From: Selaginella moellendorffii | Lineage: Eukaryota > Plantae > Lycopodiophyta | Direction of reading: 5' to 3' | Length of the DNA: 64,000 nucleotides | NCBI RefSeq assembly: GCF_000143415.4 | Contig: NW_003314275.1 | Span: forward strand, 1,307,955 to 1,371,954 | In this document: in pieces, positions 23,376-35,931 of the stretch | Layout of the letters: the number at the start of each line of letters is the position of its first letter | Position numbering within the stretch: position 1 is the stretch's first letter | Position numbers and translations under genes: made by a program | Notes under the pieces: model-generated | What the model saw: only the letters and a program-made list of their open reading frames with translations | The model's database searches: none | What the model was told of the DNA's origin: nothing

Positions 23376-26344
23376 ATGGAAGACGACAGCGATGAGGAAG
23401 CCGTATACGATTTCCAGGCACAGGACGACGATGACAGGATATTTCACTCGGATCATCACCAAGAGCTCGAGTTTGAGGATCCGGCTGCTCCAAGCAAGCC
23501 ACTGGACGCTACTGATTTCTACAGCTCCACATCCAAGTACTTCGCATTCAATCGCGCTGGCCATCACCTCATGGCGCAGTCGATCCTCACTTCCAGAGCT
23601 CCTTCCTTTGAAGAGATCTGTGCTGCCGATCCCGATATCCCGCTGCGAGTCCTCAAGAACAGCCTTGGAAAGCAAAGCCAGGAGTCCGCAGTGCGATCGC
23701 GGTGGAAGGATATCCAGGAAAGGCTGGTAGCGGTGGTGGCAGTGGATGGAGAGGAGCATCTCTATCACAAAGACAACACTTCGCTTAGAATCCCATATCG
23801 CGAGCAGTGGGGGGAGATCTTCCAGCGAGCTCACGTAGAAGAAGAAGATGGTCAGCACTTGGGATGGAAGCAAACTTTCAAGAGGATCCAGCAGCAGTGG
23901 TGCACAAACACTCGGCGGTATGGGATCCTCGACGCTTTCATCCAGGAGAGCGTCTACGCTTGCCCCGGCTGTGACTTCTCGCGGGTTCCAGAGCGGAAGA
24001 AGAAGGAGGAGCACAAGTTCTCGCAGAGGATGACGGTGGCGACCAGGGATCTCCCGCGAGCCATGGAGGAGATTGCTGTCAAGTACAAAGTTCTCCTCCG
24101 GATCGATCGAGCTGACAAGGTGTCGAGGAACTCCGAGGTGAAGGACTACGTTTGTCACCGTGGTCGTTCCAAGCGTGGTCGTGGCAACAAAGTTTTGGGA
24201 GGAGGTGGTGAAACGAAGGATGCGAAGGTCCGGGATAGGAAGTCATGCCGTATCGGGTGTCCATTTCGGATCAGGGTGGTGATACCAATCCAGGCTGGCG
24301 AGGGGACTACAGTTGTGAGAGACGAAGCACTCGCTCACATCTTGCTCTCTCCGTTTCATGACGGCCATCGTCCGGGGACGAAAGAGAACTTGCTCTCTTT
24401 GCCGCCACATCCGTCGGCTATAAGGTACTGTGAGCATGATCTCTACGACAATGCGGGGAACGTGCAGGCTTTGGTGAAAGCTTCCGCGAGCAGAGCTCCG
24501 TTCCTCTACTTCCAGGCCAGTGAAGGCGAGCAGGCCAGTTACCGGTTTTTTCTTCTTTCCAAGGATGTTGAGCAGCTCGCGTACAGGATCAAGTCAAGAG
24601 GTTAGAGCTTTCCAGCCTTCTTTTCTTCTCTTACGAAGGTGTGTTTCTGTGGTTTAGTCGAATCCATTGGTGAGGACGATTGGTCTGCGTTACATATGGA
24701 AGCACAGCGGCTTCAAACGCAAGGAAAGGTGACTCTCAACTGTTTTGAGGAGAACTTGGTTAAGAAACTTTCTTCTTTCAGGTGATCTTTTACCAGCCTT
24801 ATGCGCCCAACCATCCGGACGAGGACAAGCGACCATTTTTGCTTGTGCTCCAGGATCCTTGGATGAGGGACTGTGCCAAGAGATTCTCGGTGGGCAGCTC
24901 GTGGGTGGTAAGTCGGCTTCTCAGAGGCAACCAGTTTGGTCTGTCTCTCTACGCGGGTATAGTTCCAAACCAGGCAGGAGACGAGCTTCCCATATGGATG
25001 ATGCTGTGTTCCTCGGACACCGACGAGAGTGTAGCACTGAAGATCACACTCCAAGAGGTTTTCAAGTGGCTGGGACATGTCAGACCGTCCGCGATTGTCA
25101 TCGAAAAGTCACTGGCCGAGTTTCGAGCGGTGCAAGCAGCGGTGAGCAAGGATCCATTTTGCTGGAGAAACAACATTCTCGGGGGTGAACAGGTCGCGAG
25201 CCACGTACTTCTGTGCTGGTCTCAAGTCCGACGCGAGTGGATGGAGAGTCTAATGCTCGAAGCTCTTCCCACGCAGCGAAGAGAAGTATACCAGGCGCTC
25301 AACCAGATGATGCTGGCAACCACGGAGAACAGTTTCGACCTCCTGATCCATTCGTTCAAAGAGAAGTTCAAAGACCAGCCAACGCTGTGCGAGCACGTAA
25401 ATCTCAAGTGGAGCGGACACGGCTGCGTGTGGAGAAGAATGTGGCCAAAGTTTGGAAGGATGTCCGAGCACGGGGAGATCGAGACGACGAACTTCGCCGA
25501 GAGAGTCTGGAGCTACATAAAGTACACTCTCCTGAGGGGCCGGAGCAAGTGCAATATCCTGGGACTACTAGCTGCGCTGGTTGGATCATCCAGTGGTCGC
25601 CATGGCGAAGTTCTAGTGGAGCACTACAAGCAAAAGCAAACAGCACGTAAGTTCTAGTCATTCCAGAACTTCTCTTTTGCATTTCTCTTGAGTGATGTTT
25701 TTGTTTTTTCTTTGACAGTCGACTCGGGAAAGCTTTGCTCTCAAGTCGGCACGAAGCCTCAAAAGAAACTCATCGGCGGCGACTACATACTGGAGCTCTA
25801 CGAATCGGACGTGAGCATGGTGGAAGTGGACGACGAAGTCTCTCTCCAGTTCCGGATGCGCAGCGAGATCATCCCGGACACCATCCACTCGCTGGCGATG
25901 CAAAGCTCCTCGTGCGACTGCTACGAGCTAGCCCCGGTCTGCAAGCACGTCCAAGGCATGAGGCTCATCATCGAGAAGTACTTCCCGCATCTGTGCGCGC
26001 TCGCGCCGCCGCTCGACAGCCCGGACGTGTTCTCTCTCCAGCACACAAGCGACGACACTCCTCTCGATCTCCACCACTTTGTTGCGGCGGAGGATTCCAT
26101 GGAGCTGTGTGGACACGATGGTAGCAACAGCAACAGTAATAACAACAACACTACCGGTGGCAGCCGCGAGCTCTCGGCACTGTGCAGTGAAGTTAAAACC
26201 GAGCTTCGCAGGCTCCTGGCTATGGCGTCGGGCTTCAATCCCACCGAGAGAGCGCTGGTGCTATACAATGTGAGAGCTCTCAAACAAAAGCTACAAGCAT
26301 TCGACAGCCTGGATAGACCACCACCACCCAAAACGTTTCATTGA
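23376..26344 (+). CDS. Transposase-derived protein: integrase-type H2C2 zinc domain + WRKY/FAR1-like zinc finger + inactive MULE core + SWIM finger
   Basis: Four exons (23376-24600, 24658-24728, 24782-25646, 25719-26344). Motifs H..HLG...CPGC; YVCHRG...GCPFRI...HDGH; PFLLVLQDPW, VLLCWSQV, TTNFAE; CDC.....CKH. Confidence 0.75.
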
Positions 26345-26493
26345 TTCAGAACACTTTGGGAGTTGTGTTGCAAGCCACGCTCTCGAAGCCACTTGTATAA
26401 TTACGGAAACATGGTATGCTTTATCGAATGAATAAATTATTACATAATTCTATTCTATTTAAGAAGTGTACTCTTTAACTATGTGAATAAATT

Positions 26494-27369
26494 ATGTTCT
26501 TTACATTTTGTGTTTTCTTACTAATACAATCTAGTCTTCAAGTCTCAATTATATGGGGAAATAATGATGAGGATCATAATTTAAATGAACAAGATATTAA
26601 CAATATAATGAATCAAGGGTTTTACGAGCTTACTAGAAGGTTAATTGGCAATGAATTATATCCACCTGATTTTGTAGATTTTAAATTAGTAACTGTTTCT
26701 AGAGGTGCAGTTTGCGTGGCAATAAGGCGAATAAAAGGATCTGCTGGTAGATGTTCAAATCCAAATGATGAAGTAAAAGGGTCAAATATGAAACGTCAAA
26801 TAAATCTTATAATTGAAAATTACCATGGAAGGATGGCTACGGAAGGTGCAGATGCAGTACGAATAACTGGATCTCTATATGAAATACAATATGCTGTAGT
26901 GGTATGGAATAAAAAGTCCAAATCATTATTTAAAAAGAGATTCATAAATGGTATTCTTTCAAGTGGAAATTGCCAAACATCATTGAGTACACTTGATAGT
27001 GGATTTCCAATTTATCAAGTACTTTACACAGACCATTTTTTAATATCACCAAATAAAAAAAACATTTTACTTTTGCAGTATAATTGTAATTTGGTTCTTT
27101 ATTCTGGACTAAAAAAAATATGGGAAACATTAGTATTTAAACTTGATGGTTTCTGTAAATTAATACTTCAGAAAGATGGTAACTTAGTAATTTATACAAG
27201 AAAATGGGAAGTTTTATGGTCTATAGGAAAATATTGTGAAAATCCTAAATGTTTTATTTTTACATATATAACTTTACAAAATGATTGTGATTTGGTCTCA
27301 TACAAATTAAAAGCACCTAATGATGTTTGGTGGGCTTTAAGTACTACAAATGATATTTTATGTACATGA
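26494..27369 (+). CDS. Secreted protein: unknown N-terminal domain + bulb-type (GNA-like) B-lectin domain
   Basis: Signal peptide; three lectin subdomain repeats LLLQYNCNLVLY, LILQKDGNLVIY and ITLQNDCDLVSY; intronless and very AT-rich. Confidence 0.78.
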   Translation: MFFTFCVFLLIQSSLQVSIIWGNNDEDHNLNEQDINNIMNQGFYELTRRLIGNELYPPDFVDFKLVTVSRGAVCVAIRRIKGSAGRCSNPNDEVKGSNMKRQINLIIENYHGRMATEGADAVRITGSLYEIQYAVVVWNKKSKSLFKKRFINGILSSGNCQTSLSTLDSGFPIYQVLYTDHFLISPNKKNILLLQYNCNLVLYSGLKKIWETLVFKLDGFCKLILQKDGNLVIYTRKWEVLWSIGKYCENPKCFIFTYITLQNDCDLVSYKLKAPNDVWWALSTTNDILCT

Positions 27370-28142
27370 TTTGTAATACTAAAAAATTTTTATTAATGGT
27401 AATAAAAATATTATTATATAATTAATAATTAAAATAGTAGATAAAATATTCAAATATATAATATAATATATCATAATTTATAGATTATACTTTACAAATA
27501 AATACTAATAACAAGATTAAACACATCAGCCTTACTGTCTTTTATTAAATCTTATACCCAGGTAATCTTAGGCATTAGTCATAAAATTAACCACATCTTG
27601 GCTTTTTTGATCCTTAACTTTTTTGAAAGGTAATTCTTTAAGATATTCTTGAATAAACTTTGAAATTATTTTGTAGTCAGAACAAAGACAATCACCCAGA
27701 GGATCTTCTGGAATAATCTTGGAATCAGAATCTTGTTCTTAGGGTTAGGGCTAATGTAAGAATATCTTAAATCTAAATTTTTTTTATGAAATTCTAGCCA
27801 CTAATCCATAATTAGAGCTTTCTAGAGTCATACAATCTTTCACTCTTTATAGTTGGTTAGCTTATCACACTTAGTCAGCCACTATGAATAGATTTTGGAC
27901 TAGAGAAAGCACTCAATCACATCTTAAATGAAGTTAACTTGAGCTGTGTTGCTACTACTTGTTACAATTATTTAAGTTCTTATTACACTAAAAATACAAC
28001 TTTTGCATCATTTGCTAACATACATGCCACTATCAAACTATAAATTTGTCAATAACTTATAAAATGACTAAATAACTGAGTAATGCAAGCACTACAAAAA
28101 GGATTTTGATCATTTAATAATATTTTAATATCAAACTCAATT

Positions 28143-28650
28143 ATGTTTTTTATTTTTTGTTCTTGCTAATAAATATATTCTTCAAGAATTTAGTAATGAA
28201 TTTGAAAAAATAATATATTAAATAAATAATGATTGAAAGTTTTTATGGCTATACTAGGAAATTAGAGGGTAATTGAATCACATCCATTAGATTATATGGA
28301 TTTTTTGGTACCAATATCTACAGGTATACTTTGTAGTAAATAAAGAGTTGGTCATTTTAAACAATAAAGTAAAAGAGTCAAATTTAATTTGATAGAAAAT
28401 AAATTTTTTAATTGAAAATCACTATGAAGTGATATAGGTGCAGATGCAACATAAAAAACTCGATATCAGTTTAATATAGAATATTTATATTAGTTTAAAT
28501 AAATAAATAAAACTTATTATTCAGAAAATTATTAATTAATAATATTTTCTGGTAAACACTGTCAGTGTGAAATATTATTTACTGGAGTTCTAATTTATCA
28601 AGTACACCATAAAGAATTATTAATATCACTAAATTAGAAAAACTTTTATT
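28143..28650 (+). pseudogene. Decayed tandem copy of the lectin gene
   Basis: Collinear matches to 26494-27065 (ATGTTTTTTATT..., GGTGCAGATGCA, AATTTATCAAGTAC, TAATATCAC) with stops and indels. Confidence 0.65.
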
Positions 28651-31271
28651 TTAATATAGTTTTATAAGATCTATAAATACATATATGTATATAGGCAATG
28701 CATTATTTATAATATTATAGCATATGAATGTCCATTCAGTATTGAATTTAGTTATATATGGTTTTCAAATCCTAATTTATATCCCTATTTTTATATCCAA
28801 GCAGTCATATTAGTGAAAGTGATATATATTGCAATTTGTCCATATAGATAAAGCTTTTTAGTAGTGTTTTACTTAGTGTTCAGAATTATACTTTTGATTT
28901 TGCTCTATTATTTTTCTTTTCTTCTCTAGAGCTATTATAGCTTTTCACTAGATCTAGGATGTCTATTTATTTATTTTTCTTTTGATCTTCATTACATTAT
29001 CTTTTTCCATTATGCCATGCCATTATCAATTAAGGAGTTTGTCATTCAAGGCTGTAGATGATGTGTCATTATAAAAAAAATACAAATCCTTAAGTCCCAA
29101 AGTTGAGTTAAAAGTGCATTATGTGGCACTGCCCAAAATAAAAGTCTATTAAGAGTAACACGTTTAAACCAAAAGCTCCAACTTAAAAAGTTGAAAGCGA
29201 GAGTAGAACTCCTAAAGAAGTACTTGATGGATGAATATGAAAATAATTTATAAACAACTTTTTAGAAAGGGACAAAAGAATCACTAACATATGATAAATG
29301 TTGTGACATATAGAATTCTCGAGACAAAAATCCTAAAACCTAAGGACTTGAAATAGAACAATTTTAGGACCACCTCACCCTACCATAAAACTAGAGTTGA
29401 ATATATTTAGGGCTAGACATATCTAGGGATGGGGTGAAAGCCTAAATCTCATCTTCCAAATCATGGTGGATTTAGTAAGTTTTTGCGGAATAATCAAAGA
29501 AGGAAGACTAAGGAAGATTATACCTATGTGGTGGGTAATGATATTAATACTAAGGAGTTCAAAACTATAATGAATATAAATGGATAAATAGGGTGATTTA
29601 ATAAAGTGTTCAAGAGCCAATTCTAGCTCTTTTGGAATATTGAATAGTTGATGCTCTCAATCCAAGTGTAGGTGGCACTATCTACTTAGATATTTTGTAT
29701 GTCTCATTAAAACTTTACTCTACCCATGTCTAGAAGCTAGGGAAAGTACCCACAAAGCTCATATTAATTACAATGTTTTGAAATGTCATTCCAAAGTTCT
29801 TGATTGTGGAAAGGCAAATGTGTACTCTTCTTGTTTAGTATCAAAAGTATGCTCATATGGTGAGGAAGTCTTAAAGATTAATGGAATTTAGTGGACAAGC
29901 TTTTGGGCCTTAACTCAATAGTAGTGTTGCAAGTACTATTGTGATCAAAGAATCACTTGGTGAGGATTGAAGAAGAGATATTAGGGGATTGTAAAACATT
30001 TGATTGTGGGTATTGAAAATTATTTATTAGTGAGTTTTTATTACCACAATGACAAAAGATTAATATTGTTGGACCCTTTATCAATCATTTTTATGCTAGT
30101 AGAGTTAATAGGGCATTTGAGTGTATATAGACCAAATAAGCATAAGAATGGAATTCTTAGCTAAATATACTTAGCTTGGTAAGAAGTTCCTATCTCATTA
30201 TGTCTTACGTTGGCTAGTGACAAAAACCATTGTGTATTGAGCACTAGTTCCTCAATATTATAACTTACCATATTCACCAAACACCCTCACTATCATGCCC
30301 TTTGTTATTGTGGGGGGTGTAAAGAGTTTCAAATGTATAGTAGTGATAATGGATAGGTTAAGTATGAATGGTTAATCTAAGGTATAGTTTAACTCCCCAC
30401 TTGCATGTTTATCTTTACATTGTGTTTAGCTTGGGTTTAAACTCAAGCTCTATATCATGCTAGCTAGTGGAGTATTTATATCCTCACATTAAGCCATTAG
30501 TATGTTAATATAATGCCAAACTCCATTTAGGTCTATTTTGCATATTCATCTTAGCATTGAAATATAGGATACTTTAGAATTGTTTTAATGTCACTCTGTA
30601 CTTCTATCCCTCTACTTTTTGGGCTATACATTTAAAAATTGTTCCATGTTTTAGTTCCTTCACTCCTTGGTTGGATTGCGGACTACACTTGAGCTTACGA
30701 GCTAAAGAGTTAAGTTTATGAGTTGAGCTCAATTTTCAATTGTAATTTAGTATAAACATTATAAACTTTAAAATTTTAAGGTTATGGCAAACCTAATAAT
30801 TTCATAACTCTTTATATATGATATAGATAAAAATGTTCTAAAGGACACTTCTTGTTCTAATAATTTAAATATTTACTATATGCAATGATAGGGATGTTTG
30901 TTAGAACATAAAATAAAATGTTTGCAAAAAGAGTATTCTTGTCACTTCTTTAAATTTGTACTCTGTGCTTTCTGGCTAGTAAATGTCATATTTGTTAGAA
31001 TTTTAAAATTATTAAATTTGAATTAAGATTCTATATAAGTGTCGCACATGTGACTTCGGGTATCGAAAGTTACTTGTCGGCTAGTCCTTACGGACACTCT
31101 TACCTTACTGCCATGATGGCAGGAGGTCGGTATTGCTGGACCCTTTATCAGCCCCTCTTGTTCAAGTGTTAGTAAACTGGACTTTGCATCTGTACTTGGC
31201 CGGATGAGCATAAGGACGGAATTCCTAAGTGTCTATTCAGCCAAGCATACTGAACCTCGGGTTCCTATGGA

Positions 31272-31307
31272 CACGTGGCATGTGACACGTGGCATCTGTC
31301 ACGTGGC
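31272..31307. promoter_or_regulatory. Three tandem CACGTGGC (ABRE/G-box) motifs, 14-bp period
   Basis: CACGTGGC at 31272, 31286 and 31300. Confidence 0.6.
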
Positions 31308-31639
31308 ACAAAGAGGGTTTAGGTTCCGCTTCGTGGTATTATCATATGGTAAATCACCATAGGATAAAGGGTCAAAACCAGGTGCGCTACAATAAGGCCA
31401 TATAACCATTTGAAAGGAAAAAAAAACAACTATAATGGTACATATGCTCTCGCAACACATTGCAACATCATGCACCTGAAAGACTACCATGAAATATATT
31501 TTAAGATGGTAAAGACAAAAATGGAAACTCATGAATACTATAGGTAGTATTGTGAAAAGAACACTTACAAGTATATGAAATGAAAAGTGAAATAATAAAA
31601 TATTTTGATTAATTATATAAGGTATAATAAGTTTATATT

Positions 31640-34350
31640 ATTGATAGAGAATAAACATCGATAGTGTTGGAAAATCTAATTAACTCCAAAAGTTTTCTGC
31701 AACTCGGCAATAGTAAGGCTTGTTTAGTGTATATGAATATCCACTTTAGGATCCTAATACAAGATTTTGATAAAAATGTAGTACATATGCTTGCAAAGAG
31801 CATATGCCTTCCCATGTTCCTCATTTTGTAAAGTTTGGACATGTGCAAGAAGGAAAGTCTTGAATGGCAATTGTGTACTTTCCACCTTCTGTTTTGACTA
31901 TGTACTCCTTTGCAAGCGCAGTGATGTACTTTGTGGAGAGAATCTCACACTCAAGTGTTTGAGCCAAGTTTATTTACCTTGCTTCTACTTGGAGACAGTA
32001 CCAATAAATTTAATTGCCTTACCTTTTCTCGCTGGCTTCTTGTGCATCTCTATAGGAATAATCCTAGTTTTATCACTCATGTCTCCAACTCTCCTTTCAA
32101 GATTGAAACCAGATTTCTCAAGGTTTTTAATCTCATTCGAGGTGAGCGCAACCCCATTAGCAACTGGCCATTCTTTAGGTACTGCATCAGGTTTAGTTAC
32201 TATAGTGTCTTCAAGCTGCTTTGTATGGTTGACATTAGTGTTGCAGCAATATAGCCAACACCATCTTGAAAATCTTGTTTGCTTTCGTTCACCATGGAAA
32301 CATGGGGCTGGAACAAAAGCAAACTTGTCACCACAGATCCAAGCCTAACACTTGCCCCTCAAAAGCATTCTCACACACTTTACATTTGATTTTGCTAGCA
32401 CTCGACGGATTGCCCATTGCTTCGACTCCACACTACAATAAGCAATTTCAACTTGCTATGATGCACTTTCTTTATCAACCACTTGAGGTGGCTTAGTTTG
32501 GGGGCAATGTCTTGGAGTAAAATGATACTCAACATCAGGCCTGTGAGAGCTTTTTGCTCCAAGATCCGTGCCAACATCTTCACCAGCAAAGGAAAAGTGA
32601 CGCTTTGAGTGAACGGTTTTCATATCATCAATAGAAGCCTGGGGAGTGTACTCCATAGATGTGCCATGGACCACTTCTTTCACTGCAATTGCCACTATTC
32701 GTGCTGGTGGAGTCACTTTCTTCTTCATCCGATTGTGTAACATCTCAACTGAAGGTCTTGTTCCCATGTATCTTCCTTCCTCAAATGCCAAGGTTTTTTA
32801 AGACTACTCTATAGCACATATAAAATCTGATAGACATGCTTCATATAGACTCATCTTCCCTTTCCCTGCCTCAGAGGAACGCAAGCTTCAATGCTTACTC
32901 TCTAAGAGATTCACAGTTGGGGTGTATGCAAGATTTTCAAATGGTTGATCCTTATAAAAAGATGATATTAAAAAGCAATAAAAAGAGGGGAAAAAAGAAA
33001 AACCAACATGTAAAGAGTGATGTCCCCATTGGAACATTCTAACTTCCCACCACCCCAACCAGACTCAAGTTGTGGTAGACAACTTACGTTAATATGACCA
33101 TCTTTATACCACTATATTCGAATTGTGTTTGCTTTTGCCTCATGCTCTTCTTCAGAAGGTGCAACCTACCATTCTTTGCACAATTCCTTAAATGTTAATT
33201 GGAAATCTAGCTTGATAAGGTGGCAATGTTGGTTTAGGCTCTGAGCTCAATAAAACTCACAAGTCCTCTCACAACCTTCTAGGGGTTGACCATTCCCAAA
33301 GACTGCCTGAACACCATTCCAATTAGCCCCAGCCCTATTTGCCATGAAACCGCAAAAGTTGGTGGGCTTACTAGTCCGCTTCAATACAATGTCGGAGAGA
33401 GACTTCCAAAATATTTTCTGAGCCATCTGGTCTTGTAATTTAAACTCTATTATTGCAATTATCAAGTTACAACGTAGCCTGTGAAAAAGGCAATGCTTAA
33501 AACCATTTTAAGATAATGAGAAAAAAAACTACCTCGAATCATACGCATGAGCTCCCATGATTGTCCAACCCACCACCTGCTCTATATGGTCAAAATGTAC
33601 CCATCCATTAGCAAGGTCACTCAACCCAAACATATATATTCAGGAAACAAGATTCACACCAGAGGCAGGGCCTATGGTAGACATTTTGAAGACGAAGGGG
33701 CGCTCTTGCTCACTAACGACTTGATCTAGAAATAAACTCCCATGGATGAACTCGTAGGGACAAGTCTGTTTTAGTTCAAGGATTAAGTCGATTTTTTATT
33801 GGAGTTTCACACATCCAAAACTTTATCCTAAATAAAACAAAATATAAGAGAGATGTTATTAAAAAGTATGTAATGGTGTCATAGATGGAAGGATTAGTTG
33901 TAGATCCTAAAAAAAATGTGGAGGTTTTATGACCCTCTTGATTGCATTTTTAATTCACACAATCTAAATACCCACCACAATGAACCATGGACACTGTGCC
34001 TTCAAAATATTGGAAATGTGTGGTCTTGATTTTGCACCAGTTTTGGACGTCCTGCTTAGTCTCCATCCCCTTTCGTTTTGAGCTGACAAGAGGTGGTAGT
34101 TTAAAGAAGATATTGCCATTGTATATAGATAGGAGTTCATTAACGGGCCTATGTAGAAAGGAACACACGTCAATAGAGAGGCGGGAAAACTAAAAAGCGT
34201 TGCAAACAGCTTTGAATATCGGTGAAGTTGGAGTTTGGAAATTCTTGGCTTACACTAGATTAACATCTCCACTAGAACTAGAAGAAGAAGAAATGATGAC
34301 AATTGACTCTTGCTTTACATTCACTTTGGCAGGATCGTAGGATGGTAACT
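31640..34350 (-). mobile_element. Degenerate MULE/Mutator-like transposase with SWIM finger
   Basis: Broken frames giving NWCKIKTT...HCGGYLDCVN, FCGFMANRAGANWNGVQAVFG...ERTCEFY, WLGWWEVRMFQWG and CTCPNF...LCKHMYYIF. Boundaries approximate; no TIRs found. Confidence 0.65.
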
Positions 34351-35135
34351 TCACACTTTGATTGAAGATCTAAAAACTCCGATCTCCTTTGACTTGGAAT
34401 GTTGCAAATCTCAATGTTGTCCACCTTCACCTACACCCAAAAGGAGAAACTCTGATCATTCAACAACATCAATGTTCTTGCGAATCACAACCTCCAATGA
34501 AATAAAATCGAGAGAAAGATTGAAGCAAAAGTGAATGTGATACCATTCTATATTTAATTATGAAACAACAATTTTGGGTTGAGCATGTACTATGTCATTA
34601 TGTGAAAAGAAAGGGTGATTTTATTCTAGGATCTAACATCAAATAATGTTGTTATAATAAATTCAGTATGAAGTATAAAGGACTATGTTATACAATATTA
34701 AAAGTTTGTATACATTGAATTCAAAAACATGCTCAAAGTTATTATATGAACTAACTTTTGGTAGAACGGAAAGAAATATCACCTCAAGCATGTGCTATAA
34801 TATAAAAGATAGGAATGATTTTATTCTAGGATCTACTATCAACCAACTGTTGCCAAACAAATTAAATATTGTACATATTTTCAGTACTTTATTAAAGCTA
34901 GAAATTATCACATTCTTCTAAACTCATCTAAATATATTCCATCTTTGTACTACCATCTATCACCTATAGTAAATTATCTATATACATTGCTTTGGAAATA
35001 ACACCTTACGATTTAATAATCTTATATTTTCTAACAAGATTCTATGACTTGCAAGAAACACAGAATTCTCATTTATAATTTCGTACTGTGATCAATTCAA
35101 CACATGTGTCTATAACATTGTTTCCACATTATGGC

Positions 35136-35553
35136 TGGAGAAGGGAGAAAAAGACAAGCTCGAGGATTCAAGCTTAGGAAAGTAAACTTGAGAGGTTCAA
35201 GGTTAGGACTGTATTCCTAACCTTGACATGAGCAGTAGCAACTATAAAAGTAGGACTTAGAATGTTTTTAGACTTATCCCTAATACAAAATACATTGCAA
35301 TACATCGTCTTTCTGCCTATCTCTTCGGCCCTTCACAACAATGTCTTACTTACCCACCGCCTTCAAGGGATCAAAGGCGTGGGACTAGCACCTTCAAGCA
35401 CATGTTCACAATCTCTACTTGGCTTGGCACAAGCAGGTAAGTGCACTCTTCTTGTAGTGTAGTTTTAGTTTTAGGGACTAGATTAGATTTGAAACTCCTA
35501 GGAAGATCTCGTGTGGACGTTTCCTCTCAGTTTAGAGATTCCAAGAGTTTTCA
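35136..35553 (+). repeat. 5' LTR
   Basis: Direct repeat of 41369-41786 with two transitions seen by eye; TATAAAAG at 35243. Confidence 0.95.
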
Positions 35554-35554
35554 T

Positions 35555-35571
35555 TGGCGACCACGGTGGGA
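35555..35571 (+). other. Primer-binding site, probably tRNA-Arg type
   Basis: TGGCGACC... begins one base after the LTR and is complementary to a tRNA 3' end ...GGUCGCCA. The tRNA identity is inferred. Confidence 0.65.
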
Positions 35572-35931
35572 TAAGGTGACGTGAAGAGCTCATGGAATAG
35601 AGCAGACCAAGACACTCATTTCCCCCAAAACTTCAAGGAAAACGGACCAAAGACGCACAAGAAAATGGCATAGGAAGAAAAAGCCCCAAAAATCAAGAAA
35701 AACAAGACCGTAAAACAAAAACGGTGGAAGAGCATGAAGAAATGAAGAAAAAAATGGAGCGTAAGACCAAAAGATGAAGAACACATGAAGATTGAAGCCA
35801 CCCAAGTCGTGGAAAATTTGGAGCATACGCGTAACTGTTTTTGGCGAGAGGTTGAAGAAAGCGAATATTCCAAGGATCTGCGATAAGGAAACGACTAAGG
35901 GAAAATTCTAGCGGCTGGAGATGGAGGAAGA

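Noticed and set aside
28700-31000. Possible ancient transposon remnant
   Set aside because: Too degenerate to assign; no convincing motif.
31030-35120. TIRs for the degenerate MULE (CACATGTG near both ends)
   Set aside because: The match is only a short palindrome and does not extend.
35262-35462. Identical 66-aa ORFs here and at 41495
   Set aside because: Identity only reflects the two LTRs; no coding evidence.
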